A DNA stretch of 64,000 nt from Amphiscolops sp. MND2022 (taxonomy: Eukaryota), in contig OZ076417.1 in NCBI GenBank assembly GCA_964187785.1, forward strand, positions 34,968,001-35,032,000, in the 5' to 3' direction. Shown in pieces: positions 36,169 through 49,350 of this stretch. The notes beneath the pieces are model-generated. The model had not been told where the DNA came from, searched no databases, and saw only the letters and a list, made by a program, of their open reading frames with translations. The stretch's first letter is position 1, and each line of letters begins with the position of its first letter. Both the position numbers and the translations under genes were made by a program.

Positions 36169-39100
36169 ATGTCTGATGACAATGAGTCGCTGTCCTTTGG
36201 TCCTGGCATCGCTGAGTTAGTTACTGAGGTAGAAAATCAAATGGCTGTGGCCAATCCCCAATTGGGAGGGAGTAATGTTGGACTGGATCTTCCGGAGCTT
36301 ATGTTGGAAACCAGTCACTGTTGCCAATTTGCTGCTCGAGTTTCTTCTTCTAACGTCGCTGGTCTGGGAGATTTACTCGATCGCGTTCTGTCGCAAGAGT
36401 TTGGTAAGTGTATATTTGATTCATAATTACGTTGTAAGTGTCTAATCTTTGGCGCTGTATCGTTTGACTACGTTCTGTTAAGAGTAGTTTCATTATATAG
36501 GGGAGTATTTGCCATGACATTTTAAATAGGGTGGTCTTTTGTTTGTAGCGAATGTCAAAATGGCGGCTGTGGTAGACTACTTGCGTCGTTTCCATTCCTC
36601 GGTGGCGACTGGAAATTTCAGGAGTGCTGAAACTGAGGCTGTTCCAATACTTCGTCGTTTGGATGCTTTTCTGTCATCTCATCTAGGTAAGGTTTATTTG
36701 CTGCGGTTTCTACCAAGTTATTTCATCTAAGAGAGAGTCTGTTGACTGTTCCTCTTTGTTTTTTCATACTATTTCACATTCAGTTGTGTTGCTGTCGTAA
36801 GTCTGTAATGGGGGGGCATTACAGTGCACAGGCAAGCTATTTTGCTGCTTTTCGTGGAATCCGGGACACGAAAATTGAGAAAAGTTGTGGAATCCAGGAC
36901 AAAATTTCTCTTTGATGTTAGGCGTGTCTTGGATTCCACGACAATTTAATTCAAGAAGTGATGCTGCTTATCGCGTCAAGCATAAAGTGGTGGAATCCAG
37001 GAAATTTATGATTTCTGCAATCTCATTGGTTCATTTTGCAAAACTTACGTTTTTGTGGAATCCGGGACACCGCTACATGCCGACAGTGCGTACAGCTAAG
37101 CATTTGTTACTGGAATCCACGACAAAAATCGTGGAATCCGGGACAAATGACGTAATTTGCCAATTTTGCACGGTTAAAGGTATGGTCGTGGAATCCGAGA
37201 TATTGAAAGCACAATGTTGCGCTTTGAGCAAATAAGGCTTGCCTGTGCACTCTAATGGGGGGGGGCGATAGGTGCTACTAGGCGTCAAGTCCATGTGAAT
37301 GCCGTGATTGGAATGTTTTGTTGTAGATGCTGGAGTGCGGGCTGAAGTCGTAGTGGGGCAGTTCTCTGAGCTGTTCTCGCGGGTAGAGCGTGATCTTCAG
37401 CAGTGGATTAAGGCTGCCATCGAGTCAAGCTTGGGCAGTCTCGGGACGGTTGGTGCTCTCGCCGTTGAAGAGTTCCTGTCAAAGTTGAAAAGTGCAGTTC
37501 AGGACCTTGGGCAGTCCTCGAGCGTTCCCTGTGAGAGTGACGGTCTGCCTCGGCCACCTTCTCTAGCGGGCAGTGTTGCTGGAGGAAACAGTCGTGGTAC
37601 TGGAGCGAATTCTGATTTGCCTTCAGAGTCCCGGGAGAGAAGTGTCATCCCTTCAGGAGTGACATCGTCTGGGGTCGCTCCGACTTCTAAACCTGGTAAT
37701 GAATCTCAAAAGATCATCTTGGGGGTATTAGGGATAATTTAAGAAAATTCATATACGATACTAAGTACAAGCAAAGAGGTTTTTTTGTTTTTTTTGAAGG
37801 TTTGAGCTCTCAACTGGATTAAAGTGATTCACTTGTTGTTCTGTGTGTTAGCAGGGCGGAAACGTGCAATCAAAACATTGAAGCCGTCATTCTTTGTCTC
37901 TGGCGTCGTGGGGACCTTTGTCGGTTTCCCCAGGAACAAGCGTGTTGTTAACGGGTATGCCCGCTGCCGTCTATGTCCAGTGGATCTCAGTATTGCTGGC
38001 CGGGGATTGCACAATCTCTAGGATTACTGGAAGGGGCGGGAACATACCCTGTCATGTGTGCGGTGTGTTGTTTTTGAGTCTTGTCCTGTATGGCCTGTAT
38101 CCATTTGTGGTGGAAAAGTTGGATGCTATTCTATCATCTGGAGCGCGATTTGGTCTGCATGTGCGGGCAGATGGAGCCATGAGACGACTGGATTGCCACG
38201 TATTCGATGATGTGTCGGTCAAGACGGTATTGCTTGCTGTCATTCCTGGTGGGAACGCTCCCTACTAAAAGTCGTACTCTCCCTCTTGACGTGCTTGGAG
38301 TCGTATGCTGGTTTATCTGCTGTAAGTGTGAGTGATAACCTCCGTCTGGGAGCGTGCGCTGGCCACTGTTGCTCATCCTACTATGCATCTGGTGATGAGA
38401 CGTTTTGACATTGACTGGTTGAAGGGCTTGTTGCGGCGGCAGTTCATCCAAGAGTCTAGCGGGTTGGAGCCTTTCTGCATCCTAGAGTATTTCCGGTTCC
38501 GGCTTGCGGCTGTCATCGCAGATTCAGCCTTCGACATTTTGCTTAGATTATGTGAGGTTGGTCAAAGTAATTTTGTTTTCGTTTTTTTTTCTATTCGGGG
38601 GAGATCGGGGGTTGACGTTACTTTAGGGTGTCTTCGTTTGTTGGTTTTTTTTGGATTTGAGTGCGAGGTAGTGTGACATGTATCATTGTGTTGATAACTA
38701 GATTAGCTTGTTGGTTGTATAGTTTTAGATCGTGCGTGGGGTGCTGAGCAGTTTCAAGAGTTGTCACTACTTTGAACAGAGTTGGTGGAACGCTGGGACG
38801 ACCTGGGCGCCTATTTCGGAGTGCATAGGTCAAACGCCATCGCAGAGACACGCAATATTGCCTGTATGGAATTGGAGGTATTCAACGATGCTATGACGAG
38901 ACCGCGCTTCGCCGTACTGAAGTTTTCAGCAGAGACAGGTCAGTATGAACGTGTTGAACGATCTTTGTGTTCAGGCATGTCTGTGGTGTTTTTTGTGCAT
39001 TTGCTGATCAGGGTGGTAATGACGTTGTGAGTTCTAGGTTGTGGTAGGCAGAGTGTTTGCTGGTTGATGTAGCATGTTTTTTTTTGTGTTTCAGTTGTAT

Positions 39101-40259
39101 CAAAGTGTCCTCGTCTGTGTAGCTCGGGAAGAGACCGAAATCTATGGTTCGAGCGTGAGCTTGCAGCTTTTCTCCGCGCGGTACTATCTTTGGTGGTCGA
39201 GCCTACATCTGTACCTCCGGAATTTGAAGTGCTTGCTGTCTTGAAACTGAGGATCGGAGAGAGTATGCCAGTGGACAAGGCGCGCTTTCAGGCACTGTTT
39301 GGTCAGTATTTCCGGTTTGATATAAGCAGTCAAAAGCTGTTTTTTTACAAGGAGGTCCAGAACTTTTTGCGGACAGTGTGTGAGGCCTGTGTAGCTGACT
39401 TTGACCAGGGGTGGGTGAAGCACCTCAGCCTGTTGCCTATCGACCCGTATCTAGTGCAGTCTGGCTCAATGGATCGTCTGACAGACATTCTAGTAGGAAC
39501 GATTTCGGTGCTGAGTTTCGGAGACCTATGTAGCAGTGATAATGGCGGAGTTATCGTTCAGCAGTACCGCGAGGTAGCAGCTTATTTCAAACGTCTGTGG
39601 GAGCCGAGTACCGCGGCGTCGCCTGTGATCGATTATGCCTTATCTTTGTGGCTTTCTTACCACAAAGTTTAATATTTGTCGGAAGTTGGATGGCGACTGG
39701 CTTCAGCGGTCATTCACGCCGATCAATGGTTGGATTTGTGCGACATTGCAGTTCGACCGACATGCAGGTCTCACGTCTGAGTGACGATGTTCGTGCAATT
39801 CCGTGGGATCAGCTGGTAAAAAGAGGCGTTAATGATCTATTTGGGCGTTGTGTGACTGTCTTGGAGTCGACCGGGGGTTTGCCATCTCGCCCCGCTGTCG
39901 ACGAGTACCGATCAACCGTCTGCGACCAGTTGCGGTCAATGGAGTCTGCACCAGCCTCTGTTCGTCGAAGTCCCGCAAAGCCTAAGCGTTCGGTGGTACA
40001 AACACCGCGAATGCAAACGGATGCTGTTCTGTCTGCTGCAGTTCCTAGTACGTCTGCATCAAAGCGGAAAACTGTGGGTGGCGGGTCAGTCGGGAAGGCG
40101 AGTAATCGAGGTCAGAGGACCGGCGGAAAGCCCGACAAGAAGGGGAGGGCAACATTAGCCAATTTCAGCACTGAAGAAGCATCTCAGTCTTCCAAGTGTG
40201 CCTTCGTGTTTGAAGGAAGTGGTAACGAGGGTGGGTCTTCTCCTTCTCAAGAGTACTAG
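36169..40259 (+). pseudogene. Decayed multi-exon BED-finger / hAT-like transposase-derived gene
   Basis: YARCRLCPVDLSIAGRGLHNL*DYWKGREH at 37956-38045 (BED-like, with stop), VEKLDAILSSGARFGLHVRAD, and VTTLNR/LVERWDDLGAYF (cf. hAT RW..V.R.L..W..L..YF). GT-AG-like boundaries at 36405, 36549, 36687. Several frameshifts. Confidence 0.5.
36817..37257. mobile_element. ~440-bp MITE with TIRs catta(c/g)agtgcacaggcaag and many internal gtggaatcc motifs
   Basis: TIRs at 36817 and ending 37257. Both flanks are G runs (possible TSD). Second partial copy at 56433. Confidence 0.85.
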
Positions 40260-41769
40260 TTGTTGAAGACTTTTATTTGTAATCGGACTTGTAAAATTTC
40301 TTGTATTAGACGACCTCACGTTTTTGTTGTTTTACTATTTTCTTTTATGTGCCACTTGAGATTTGTAGTAGGGATTGATTGATTCATCGTGCTTGTTGTG
40401 ATCTGCCTTGATGTTAATTTTTTTTGTATCTCAAATTGTAATTGAGTCTGGTGGTTCCTGCCATCACAGAACCTTCTTCTTTTCTTTGTTCCATCCTAGG
40501 ACTTTACATGTAAAGCGTTATTTAGGGTATGTTTACGTTGCATGTTTCAATTTTTGCATGATGCCGTTGATGACTGCATGGACTCGTTGTCAGTGTGGTT
40601 TCGCTTTGTTGATGTAACCTAGTCTAGGGATAGTTTTTTGTGCTTGAGCGGGAATCCCAAGATCGATTATCATTTATGGCTGTAGGTGGCGTGGCGTTGT
40701 ATTCAGGTGTGTTTTTGTCTGATACTAAAATAACGTCGTCGGTTCGAAGTGTACGTATGGGGTGACCCATACCTCAGTGAACTTTCATGTAGTTTTGCCC
40801 GTTGTTTTGTTGTATTGGCTGCAGGAATTTATTAAGGTCAATCGCACTGCTTACAGCGGCTGCCGTGGCAGCCATCAATAGAAAAAGTCGTTCACACACA
40901 GAGCTGTGCTGTGCATGGTCCTCAAGAGTCGGGCCTTTATCTTCGTTGTTGGTGAATGCTCGAGAATGGTAACTAGACGTTTAGACCATGGCTCTTTAGG
41001 CCTTAGCACTGCATCGCAAAGTGAGTGACTGAGCAGCTTGCTCGTTTCAATGACTGTACTCCCAAGGATTATGTCCTTGGGTTGAGACGTGACTTTTGTG
41101 GTGTGCATTTAAGATTCATGTTGTTAACCCTAAGGACTAAGTTGCATGTTTTTATCGTATATGGTGTATTACATGAAGCGATTTGTCTAAGCAACGTCAT
41201 CATCGCTGATGTGTGTCCTGGGACGTCATCATTCGTGATGTGTATCGTTAAGGTCGCGAACTTTTGGAAATATTATGTTATGGTAACTGCAGTAGTATAC
41301 AGATGGTAGACTGAGGACTTGAGGCGTGCGTGAATTGGAAGGCTAATTAGAGAATGAGGCCGCAGTCTCCTTAAATTTTCCCAACGCGAGGCAAAGCCTG
41401 CGCATTGTTGGTCTAGTTTAAGGGGCCGGGCATTCGTGGTTTCCTTGATTTGGTAAATTCTTTTATTTACCGAAGTTGTTGTAAGGTTTAGATTTTGGTT
41501 TTTATTTTTGATGTTCGTTGAATTGGGATGGTGAATTGCCGTCGCAACCACCCATACAAAGCTAACACTGAATCCAGTTGCTAAAGAGCAACCTTCATCT
41601 GTATGCTGACGACCAACTACACAAACACGCTTTTTAAAGCTGCACCCACACAGCCAGCACTATGAGTGTAGGGTGAAATGGGTGGGGGTTTGGTTGTGTT
41701 GTTATAACGTTTGTCAGGCAGCAGATCGCCACTGTTAGTTTGTTAGACTATTTGGCAACGGGATTTTCG

Positions 41770-43254
41770 TTCACGTTTTGCTAGGTTTGTTGTCATCGTT
41801 TTGGGTGTGAGATCGGTCATTTCGTTGGCTGGATAGGGATTGTTGTGAGCTCATCGGAAGTCGCGCCTTAAGTCCCTGTTTTCTACTGTGGTTTGCCTGT
41901 TGTATGGTACACTCCCGTAGGCTGATGTATGCGGGATCCTGTAACGGCAATCCTTTGCGGAGTGGCCCGTATAACCACAAATTCGGCAAACTACTTTGGC
42001 ATTGAATTTCGGTTGTGCTTCTGTTTGGGTGTTTTGTTGTTCGGACTTCTTATGCGCTTGGGAGTTGTTGTTGCCCGCTGCTTCGTCTCGCAGTCGTTTT
42101 TGGCACTCAGCGCATTTGTGTCCGTAGATTGTGCAGTATCTACAGTTCTCATCAAATTTTTTCTTGGTTATCGGTCGCTCAGTCTCATTTCGTTTTGGGA
42201 CGACTGGTTTGCTTGGGGCTTCTTGCGTTTGGATCGCCTGATTGAATGGTTGGAGGAGTTGTTGGTTCGGTAATAGCTGGGCGTATTGGCATCTCCTCTG
42301 CACGAATGTCTTTATATCTTCAATACTGGCGTCATGTTTGCCCGCAACTGCCAGTTCGTTTTGGAGCTGGATTAGTAGTTTGGCGAATGGGAATGTCTGG
42401 ACAAATTTCTGCGCTTTTTCCCCATAAGCTTGGTTGGCGACTTTCTTGTAGTTGGCGAGGAAAGTGCTGAACGATTCAATAGTCGGGTCGTACCGTAGCT
42501 GGTCGAACTTGAACTTTGAGACTTCTGAAAGCTCTTCTTTTGCATAATCTTTTTTGAAGGCGGCCAATATATCTTTCAGAGTTGTTTCCGTTGTGATGGT
42601 TAGGGTTTGTCAGAATTCAATGGCGTCATCTCTGAGGAGGCTCTGGAAGTAGTTGAGCTTCTGTTCCGCGGTGAGTTTGTGAGCATGCGGTCGTAGATGA
42701 TTAAGTAGTAGGTGTTCGAATTCGTTGTATTTCCCTCTGTTTCCTTTGAATAGGGGCACCTGAGTTTGGAGGGTTTTTGGTTGTCTTATTGTATCTCCCA
42801 TTGTGTTTCGGAGGTGATGGATCTCTGTCATCACGTCAGTCAATTGTGGAATACTGGTATCGGTTCTGGGTGTTCCATTTGGTGTTGTTGTTCGTGAGCT
42901 CGATGGTTGTGGGTTCGGGACTCCTGTCACCATGTCGGAACGACTGTTAGCACTGGTAGTTGCTACATTCAGTCTACTCCCTTCTCTGTTATTGGAGGAA
43001 AATTGTTGCGTCAATGTGAGGACAATGTCAGTAAGGTCTCCGATCTGTCTGTTTATTTCGTTGAAGCGTTGATCAATACTATACCCATCGTTCTTCCGTT
43101 GTCTATTTAGCAAGTCATCAGTGTCAAGTTCTGCCATTTGATCTCTAGAGAGAATATCTGGGAAGCTAGCTTCACTTTCGTTGTCGCCCGATCTGTCCAT
43201 AACTCTGTTATCTACTTCTCTAATTCTATTACTTTGCGATCTAGTCGTTACCAT
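41770..43254 (-). pseudogene. gag: Retrotransposon Gag with two CCHC zinc knuckles
   Basis: ORFs 42610..43254 (QVPLFKGNRGKYNEFEHLL) and 41851..42567 (CRYCTIYGHKCAEC; CRICGYTGHSAKDC) are separated by a stop. Confidence 0.8.
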
Positions 43255-43527
43255 GGAAAAATTGGAAGGTTTAAGTTGAATTGAGTATGTTTAAGATTCT
43301 AGAATAATTCAATGATTCAAGATTAAAGTAGTGAAAGCGGCTTGTAATGTTGGTAGCTCACGATCTTGTGTCGTGTCTAGTTTTTTCTGATGGTGTCATT
43401 ATAAACGCGTGTTAGCACCTTTTTCACTAGCCAATAGTATTCTCTCTACTAATTCGTGTTAATTCACACTTTACCTGTTTTCTTCTATTTTTGCCGACTG
43501 GTTGTTACCGTCGTCGCAGGTACTAGT

Positions 43528-44132
43528 TGGTGTGTAATTATTTGCGTTTGAGGTTGTATGACCGCATGCATCGGTCATTATGACACGTAATTATACCAAT
43601 TATCCATTAAGCTGACGTTTTACTACTGCATATCCCAGTTGTCATGGTGACTGAGTTAATTGTTATTTGAAGATTGATTACTAAGTGAAATCGTACGAAG
43701 CACTAATATGAATGGAGGAAGCGTTATGAATATGAAGGATCAAGTATTTCAGTAATACTTTACATGTAACGTTCAATTGATTAAATGGTAAAATATCAAG
43801 GTAGCTGACGACTGTTTGTTCCAGTCTTATATGTGAAAGTATATGATCAAACACGGGATTAAAAGCACATTTCAGTAAAATGTTGTTGTTGACGACTGAT
43901 GATTCCAGTCATGATTTCATGTATTTCTAAACGATGCAAAATAAACATGATTGGTATCGGTACATGTATTCATTGGCGACTGCTAGCTCCAGTCGTTATT
44001 TATTTAACGGTATTGCTTGGTAACTAGTTCACTATAATATATGTACATGGTGACTTGTGTTTTAGGGAGTTTGTGTGAATGAATTAGTTTTTTAGAGTTT
44101 GTTTATTTCTCTCATGCTCAACGGGCATGACA
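43528..44132 (-). repeat. 5' LTR (605 bp)
   Basis: Direct repeat of 34708-35315, followed on the minus strand by a possibly degenerate PBS (tagtacc). Confidence 0.9.
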
Positions 44133-45083
44133 CCTTACGTAGCAGTGGCACGATTTTTACAGATCCTCAAGGAAAATTTGCTCACAGATCTTTACAGATT
44201 CTCAAGGAAAGCTCAACATGGGAATCTTGTCGTATTGTAATAATGGCTTCGTTTCTCTTTATCATCGTTGTTTTGCATCTTCCTTGGTCATTTTTCAGTT
44301 TAACAGGATCCATTTATGAAAGCCATACGCAGATGTGATACGATTTTGTGGGATTTTATTTTTCGAATTAAGAAGGTTAATGCGGTGTTCGCGACGTGTT
44401 CGTGACGTATTCGTGACGTAACTTAGTTTAATCTCAAATTAGTATTAATTATGTAGTTCCTCAACGAATTGCAAACGTAGGTTGATTACATTCCGAATTG
44501 GTCCTAATTGGTAGCGCGATGACGTAGTGTCGACGCACGGTGTTGTCTTCCAATTATAATCTGATTTATTCATTTTATTATGATTAAAACATCTGCAGTA
44601 TAAGTATTAAGGCATCTAAATCACTTTCTTCCTTCCTGACTTTCACTTTCATGGACATCAGTTTGGCGTTAACTAGTCCTATGCTGTTGATTTATTCATA
44701 TAAACAGCATGACGAGTGCTAATAGTCGCTATTTGTGGATCTTACAAAGTATATAACTAATACTTTGACTTGGTGATGCTTTTGACTTGGTAAATGATTT
44801 GTTTCGGTCATCGATTGTTCTTGAGATACCTGTAATTGAGCGTGTTGTTGGTACTGTTAAGATAATAATTTTATTCATACATTGCCATCATCGGTTAATC
44901 AGGATATTACTTCATTGTCTACAGGACTGCAGTAAGTACGTTTTCGTTTCGGATTGACCTACGATTTTCTTTCCTTACTTCTAAAAGTAAGCTAGGTTGC
45001 TGTCGCGATTTTCTTCGCTATTATAAGAGTCTACTGAACTCTGGCGAGACATTTGTCTGCTATTTTCTTGCATAAAACACCTT

Positions 45084-45560
45084 TTAGGATGATTTTCCCA
45101 CGTTTTCTGAGTATTTTCTGCTTCGGGGTTCCATGGTGGAATTAGCCGCCTTTGGGTCAGGATGTGGCCCGACAGACCCTCGGTTCATCATGGTAAAATT
45201 AGCTCTCCCTTGCATTTCCAACTTTTGGGAATTTAGACTAGTTTTGATTTCATTGAGTCGTTTAGACATCTGAATAGAAATTTCCTCAAAAATCAACCTA
45301 GTCGTTTCAACAGTTATCTCACTACTTTCTCTGCCATTGGTGAGAAGTGACCTAAAGTCTTCTCCTGTTAAAATAGAGTTTCTTAGAGGCCTGCTAGACT
45401 CAGAGTCCAAATTCAGATCATTTTAACTCTGGTCATCTCTATCCTCATTTCTTGTATAATTTCCTAACATTACATCAACATTTCCCACATCAGACATAAT
45501 GACAACTGTCTCGATCGCCTTTCTTTCGCTTTTTGCTTTCTAGTAGATGGCATTGAAGAA
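45084..45560 (-). pseudogene. Probable gag N-terminal fragment of another LTR family
   Basis: PLRNSILTGEDFRSLL..SEITVETTRLIFEEIS..KRLNEIKTSLNSQ is a coiled-coil segment, with a tggtat PBS-like site upstream at ~45660. Recognition is from recall only. Confidence 0.4.
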
Positions 45561-47494
45561 ATGTAGTAATTTCTAACAGTGAATTGAACAACAGTAGGCG
45601 CAGATCAATAAATAGGCAAAGTTGATCACAGTTCGCAATTCAATAGATTGAAATATACCAACTTGTTTGTGGTTAGTAATTTTAAAGAAGCTCCTGGAGT
45701 CCTTTGTCCCTCCTTTTTATAGTTGGGAGGAGGTGACCGCACAAATATTGCGTATCATGTTACTAAAAATAGCATCTCGTAGGGTTACATCACCCTGACG
45801 TCATCAGATCAAAAAAGGGGGCTTGGCGGTTAAGTCTACAAGATGCAAAATGGTTACAAAGCTTCACATGTATGTTCAACTCTAACCTACAACATTACAT
45901 GCACAATAAATACGAAATTTCATGCTGAGCACAACAATTTGCCGGAGCCGACTTTAAGTCCGCGAGGCTACACTCAAAAATAGTACTGGCAGCAGCCGCG
46001 TACTAATTTCACCGAGGTGGACGTTCCGTCCACGGAGCTGCATTAATGTACTGCTCTCTGATTGGTAAAGAATATTAGGACAGCGAGTACAATTAGCTAG
46101 AAGAAGCGTTCATTTGAACTCGTTTCTTCTTCCACGTCTAATTGTACTCGTTTAATTCATCAATTTACATTCGAATTACCAAAATACATCAAATCCCTAG
46201 CAGCAAAATAGGCACAGAACTATTTGCTAATTAATTAAATATAGCCCCGTAAACTTAAATTAATATTTGGGTTGTGGCCATATGGACCGTAAGTCTTCTA
46301 TAGTGTAATTATAAAATGACACGAATAACTATAAGATTACATGCAACACACTGTACTATCAGTCTTTTGTCATTTAAATGGGTAGAACTCCTGGTGGGGT
46401 GTTCGTATTATCTCTTTCTAGAGAGATTTGATAAAAATTACCATCGCAGGCGGGAGCCTGCGACCGTTGCTGTTTGTTTGTTTTAGCTTGGGTTTTTTTA
46501 GTCCCAGCAGTATTGTACCCTCATTAGGCATCCCTGTTTTCTTCCGAATTGTATTCGTCTACATCTGCAAACCAGGTGACTGTGGGTGGACTGTGACAGT
46601 AAGGTCGTGATTATGTTTACACGCCATGGTGCTAATATAATTTATAGATCCTTATGTAAAATTTAAACGCCGTGCTACCTGTCACTCCCAAAAATTGGAA
46701 TTTTCCATGTTTTTTCTTGGCTCGTTTTTACTCGGCGCTTTTGTTAATAAAAAGCCCGACTATCACAGTCACTCGTTCTTTTTAAAGAGACAGACTCGAA
46801 ACGACTAACGTTAACGTTTTGTTCAGTTTGTTAAACTAAAAGAAACTAATCGAATACCCGGGAAACGCATCTAAGTTCTTCCAAAGGGTCCCCTTTTGAT
46901 TGTTACTTTTTAAGCGAAACCTACAAAACCGGACGGGACTAAAGGGTCCCCACTTTTAATTTGTTTTGACACTGTGCTTCTTTTTCTCGAAATTTTTTCT
47001 GTATTAAAAGGGTCCCATCTTTGTTACAAACAGCTACCACGAAAAATTATCAAAATTGTCATGCTTGTTACCAGTACAAAACGGTTTGACCTTACAATAC
47101 GTTTCAAAAATGGTTTCCATAGCTTTGTGAAAAATGATCAGATTGCAAAACACTAAAGATGTCAACCTTTGAGTTTCACTTATTGTTCAACCCTGAGCTT
47201 TTATGCTAATAGCTCGATGTGTTGTGCTTTTTTGTCTCTGAAAAAAGCTTGCACTAAAATGATGACAGATTTCCTGTTTTTGTCGAATATCCACTAAGCG
47301 GACAATGGTAAACAGGTTACTTGTCCTTCGGCTGGCTATGACGATAGTCGACTTGAAGGGGCGCAGAGCTCCTCGTAAAAAGGAAGGCCGAGTCATAGAA
47401 GCAATTTAAGAGTTATGGCTGATATGATTAACCGGCTGAAAAGTTTTTGACTGTGTGGAAATTTTTTGACTGTGTGGAAATTTTTCTGCTAATT

Positions 47495-47636
47495 GGATAT
47501 TCGGCTGAGTGGATATTCGTCTAAGTAGATATTCGACTGAAAGGACATTCGGCTGAGCGGATATTCGGCTGAGTGGATATTCGGCTGAGTGGATATTCGG
47601 CTGAGTGGATATTCGGCTGAGTGGATATTCGGCTGA
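47495..47636. repeat. 16-bp tandem repeat ggatattcggctgagt x ~9
   Basis: Directly visible. Confidence 0.95.
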
Positions 47637-48226
47637 CTAGCACATCACTATCACTAAATTGTCATCGATAATTAGTTCTGCAGGCTTGAGTATAACGTAA
47701 CAACGTCTTACGAATACTAAAAGACCCACAAAAAACAGCACATGTAATGTTTTCTAATAAACATATGAGTAAACAAAACATCAAAATGCATGTCAAAAAA
47801 AGAACAGTGAGTCTGATATGAGCTGTCGATTCAATAATCAAAGCGCGTTGTCAAACTATTCCTGATAAAAAATGTCTTATGATGCATTTTCTCGATTTGA
47901 GGTCAAAGTGGCAGTCAAAATTGTCTGAAGCTCTCTACAATCTTTTCAATGACTCAGAAGCAACAAAAAGGAACCCAGGAATTATTTGACATCTGTTTGA
48001 TAATACAAGACTTTACGTTCTAAGCCAAATTCTAAGTTTACCGCCTTTCCGTAACCTAAAACTAGGTTAACAAAAAAAACGAAACGAAGAAATGGATCTT
48101 TTTATTTCAAAATAAGAGTATTTATGAATAAACTCTGAATTTTTTTCACACTTAACAATCAATATGTTAAATTGGAGCCCTCGTTCCGGAAGCAAGTCTA
48201 CATACCGGCCAAAGCGTGAACAAAAA

Positions 48227-49138
48227 TCAAACTATAGCACAAACTGCTCCACAGGCAATTCCATTTGCGGAATAGGTCTGTAGGTATAGTCGGTTCCCAT
48301 TTTCATCCACGTTGGCTACCACTCTGTCTTTTCCCGCGGCTTTTTCCGGCTGATTGTCTCCCCACACCAGTTGAGAATGACTCGTTTGTCCACCAGCAAT
48401 ATCCCAGACCAAAGGGTCATCAGTTTTCACACCGGTCCAGAAACATTCGTTTTCCAGACTAGTGTAGTAAAAGTCCAGTTGCATGGTGTTTCCAGAGAAA
48501 TCGTGAGCCAACTGACCGGAGCTCTCGCCACAGGTTTTCGCCGCTTGGTCAAAACCAGATTTCTCAGGTATAAACTTGAGCCATCTTGTAATCTGTATTT
48601 GGGTCCCGTTGCAAGTTTCCTGGCCAAAACCACCATGAGCTGCGGGAAAACATTCTCTCAATCTAGCTCTTTTGAATTGAAATTGAAGTCCACTTAGAGT
48701 TTCTTCTTCACTCCATAATGCCCATTCGGAATCTTGTCGCTTCAAATTTATTGCGCAAAAGTTGGGATCATCGTCATTTTGGATGTTTCTGTTCCCCCCT
48801 CGCTCCATGCATTGAGGTGAGTCATCTTTTCGCATTCCAAAATAGTCGCAATTTTCGTCCGGTTGAGTGTTAGAAATGTTTGAAAAAACATCTCCAAAGT
48901 ATAAAACACAAGTTTTTGGAAAACAGAAACCAAAGGATCGACAGTCTGGTTGTTTGAGGCAGTACGTGGCACATAAAGACTTGGAAGAGTGGAATAATTT
49001 ATTCAATTGATGCCCTGAAATTTTAGTTTTAATTTCGAAGTCTTCAAAAGCAACTTCCCTTGAAGCTAGTGGAAGTTTTGTTCCTCTGGTTTTGAACAAG
49101 AAGAAAACAACAAGATACAAAGATAAGCACTCGACCAT
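48227..49138 (-). CDS. Secreted PAN/Apple + TSP1-like + C-type lectin protein (303 aa, single exon)
   Basis: Hydrophobic N-terminus. PAN cysteines CATYCLKQPDCRSFGFC..CVLY. TSP1-like EWALWSE..RARLREC..C. CTL motifs AAKTC..FWTGV..WGDNQPE..CGAVC. Confidence 0.8.
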   Translation of the reverse strand: MVECLSLYLVVFFLFKTRGTKLPLASREVAFEDFEIKTKISGHQLNKLFHSSKSLCATYCLKQPDCRSFGFCFPKTCVLYFGDVFSNISNTQPDENCDYFGMRKDDSPQCMERGGNRNIQNDDDPNFCAINLKRQDSEWALWSEEETLSGLQFQFKRARLRECFPAAHGGFGQETCNGTQIQITRWLKFIPEKSGFDQAAKTCGESSGQLAHDFSGNTMQLDFYYTSLENECFWTGVKTDDPLVWDIAGGQTSHSQLVWGDNQPEKAAGKDRVVANVDENGNRLYLQTYSANGIACGAVCAIV

Positions 49139-49350
49139 ATTGGAATCTTTTTTGACACAAAAGTTTTTTTTCGATCAACCGCAAAATTGATCCCGAAGAA
49201 CTTCGACGAAGAGAAAAATTAAAATTTAAATATCAGTTCAATCAAGATTTCGTTTTTCCGCAATTAAATGTTCGATGTTTGAACTAAATATTGGCTTTAG
49301 CTTCAATCTTCGTGTACCAATAGTTTTTAAAGATTTCCTAATAAAAAATT

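Larger units (their letters stand above)
34708..44132 (-). mobile_element. Gypsy-type LTR retrotransposon with two LTRs, pol deleted, ~5.5-kb foreign insert
   Basis: Direct repeats 34708-35315 and 43528-44132 (TG..CA on the minus strand). Minus-strand PPT aaaagggggg(g) just inside 35315. gag at 41770-43254. No TSD found. Confidence 0.85.
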
